Positions 62,529 through 64,000 of a stretch of DNA of 64,000 bases are shown piece by piece. The stretch lies in the IMG/VR virus record IMGVR_UViG_2061766007_001346, positions 96,001 to 160,000 of that record; one strand, 5' to 3'. Source of the stretch: a virus. Its lineage: Duplodnaviria; Caudoviricetes. The translations under genes were made by a program, and so were the position numbers. Under the pieces are notes generated by a model. It made no database searches, was not told the origin of the DNA, and saw only the letters and a program-made list of their open reading frames with translations. How positions within the stretch are numbered: the first letter of the stretch is position 1; each line of letters opens with the position of its first letter.

Positions 62529-63008
62529 ATGAAATATAGAACACAAGAACACGAAACAACTGCAAACGACGGTGTATTAGAATTACTACAGATAGAATAC
62601 GACTGGATGAGTATTCTTAATTCAGCCAAACTATTCTCTTATGCTAACGGATATCCGAAACATGAGCGTTTTGTAAACAGATGTATCGATAGTCTGCAAA
62701 CTTGTACACAAGAAACGCTTAAGTTTCTATACTGTAGAACTGCTCCGTTTACAGAAAGTACTATTCCGGAAATTCAGTATTTTGATAAACTCGAGGAAGC
62801 TTTTGGGGCATTAGCAGAAGAAGAAGACAATTACTTCAATAAGGTTGCAGATCTGATTGTATATGCACAGGAAAAAGCCGACGGTGAATTACTTGCATTT
62901 CTTCTTCCGAAGGCACAAAAAGAACATCTAATGTGCAGAGCTTATGAAGCTGTCAAGAATGGCCAGGATGTACTACAACTAAGTAATGATTATAACATTC
63001 CGTGGTAA
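62529..63008 (+). CDS. Ferritin-like helical protein
   Basis: Four-helix pattern resembling ferritin; ferroxidase residues are poorly conserved. Confidence 0.45.
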   Translation: MKYRTQEHETTANDGVLELLQIEYDWMSILNSAKLFSYANGYPKHERFVNRCIDSLQTCTQETLKFLYCRTAPFTESTIPEIQYFDKLEEAFGALAEEEDNYFNKVADLIVYAQEKADGELLAFLLPKAQKEHLMCRAYEAVKNGQDVLQLSNDYNIPW

Positions 63009-63297
63009 ACTGCTAGCGAAACAAGACGACTTCTATATAAACTATGTCTTTCAAAATTTAGACGAACGTCAAAACAGTCTATTAAGATATATTACTGTTA
63101 CACGATTGCCTAATTGAAATGGGGTTGAACCCGAAATTGGAGAGACTGGTTTTTTAGAATGCGAATTTGTTGATGCTGGTGAAGAATACTATCAGAGAAA
63201 CACAGGAAATTTAGAACAGTATAGGTATACTAGCTGTTATTTCCTCAATTTTATAAAAGATAAAGAAAAAGTAGAATATAAAGAATATAAATTTTAA
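62986..63297 (+). CDS. Hypothetical protein (TGA=Trp)
   Basis: ...TRLPN[TGA]NGVEPEIGETGFL... to TAA 63295. Confidence 0.65.
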
Positions 63298-63301
63298 AGA
63301 T

Positions 63302-64000
63302 ATGAGTGATCTTGCAGAGAAATTAACGGAAGCAATTAAAAATAGCGAAAATATAATTACTAATTGGGTTTGAAAAACAAAGAATGGTGATAGCATTAAG
63401 CTGGTAGATATGAATGAAGCCGAATTACAGAAGATTTATAATCACACCCTGGACATGCTGTACAGAAAGACTGATTATAAATTTGGTAAACTGGAAGTTC
63501 GAAAGAATATTCAGAAAATTCATACTAGTTGTAATGCCGAACTACTACATAGATATATTCAACATGAATTATCTATTGATGTTTTCAAAACTAACAAAGA
63601 TATTCTGGACTTTATTAACCGATTTAAAGAACAAAATGGTGTTACGAATGAGTCCAATATTACTGTAATGTTTGAGGGTCTACCGAAGGAATTCGAGACA
63701 CTGACCATTGGTGATTTATTAAAAGCTTGTTTAGATTCGCTGGAACCGGTAAACAGAAGGCTAATTTCTAATGACTTTATAATGTCGCTTGGAATTTGGC
63801 TTACCGAATCAGAAAAGAAAGATTTGACTGAATATGATGCCCGTGGTAAACTAAGACCATGGCTTCAGGTAATGAAGGAACGGTTATTCATTACAGGAGG
63901 ATTCTTTAAAGTTATTCCTACTGGTCTAACTTATTCCGAATTACGCAGTCTTCTTAGTCTTGAATCCAGATCTCGTGTATCTGGAATTCCCAGTGATACT
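63302..64000 (+). CDS. Hypothetical protein, 5' part (TGA=Trp)
   Basis: MSDLAEKL...NWV[TGA]KTKNG..., open to the window end. Confidence 0.7.

Overview
A 64 kb segment of a large tailed bacteriophage. The host is probably Bacteroidota (TTTG-N19/20-TAnnTTTG promoters), and the architecture is crAss-like, although this is inference because no capsid, terminase or RNAP gene lies in the window. TGA is read as Trp in part of the window. From 1-13.3 kb, virion/lysis-type genes are broken by in-frame TGA and rejoin under genetic code 4: BspA-like LRR, lysozyme-M15 peptidase fusion, a zincin-motif protein, and a wHTH initiator beside 4x22-bp iterons. From 13.6-47.6 kb, early/middle genes show no internal TGA. 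Scattered TGA-Trp genes return from 47.7 kb onward (AAA ATPase, RNase HI). A tRNA with a UCA anticodon has its own promoter and terminator. The window is very rich in RNA: 18 tRNA genes, a tmRNA, two group I introns, a type I hammerhead ribozyme, a ~1.2 kb ORF-less densely structured locus and many smaller structured spacers. It also carries a duplicated phiEco32-type GATase/amidoligase/COOH-NH2 ligase cluster. The most unusual observations are: (i) a group I intron whose P8 ORF lacks homing-endonuclease motifs and is a paralog of the next operon gene; (ii) the 1.2 kb structured ncRNA locus; (iii) hairpins with complementary loops flanking a highly expressed gene; (iv) a coiled-coil protein followed by a structured RNA with 6-nt periodicity; (v) a tRNA-Leu intron that appears to end in A instead of G. 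All calls were made by eye, with no database searches or folding software.
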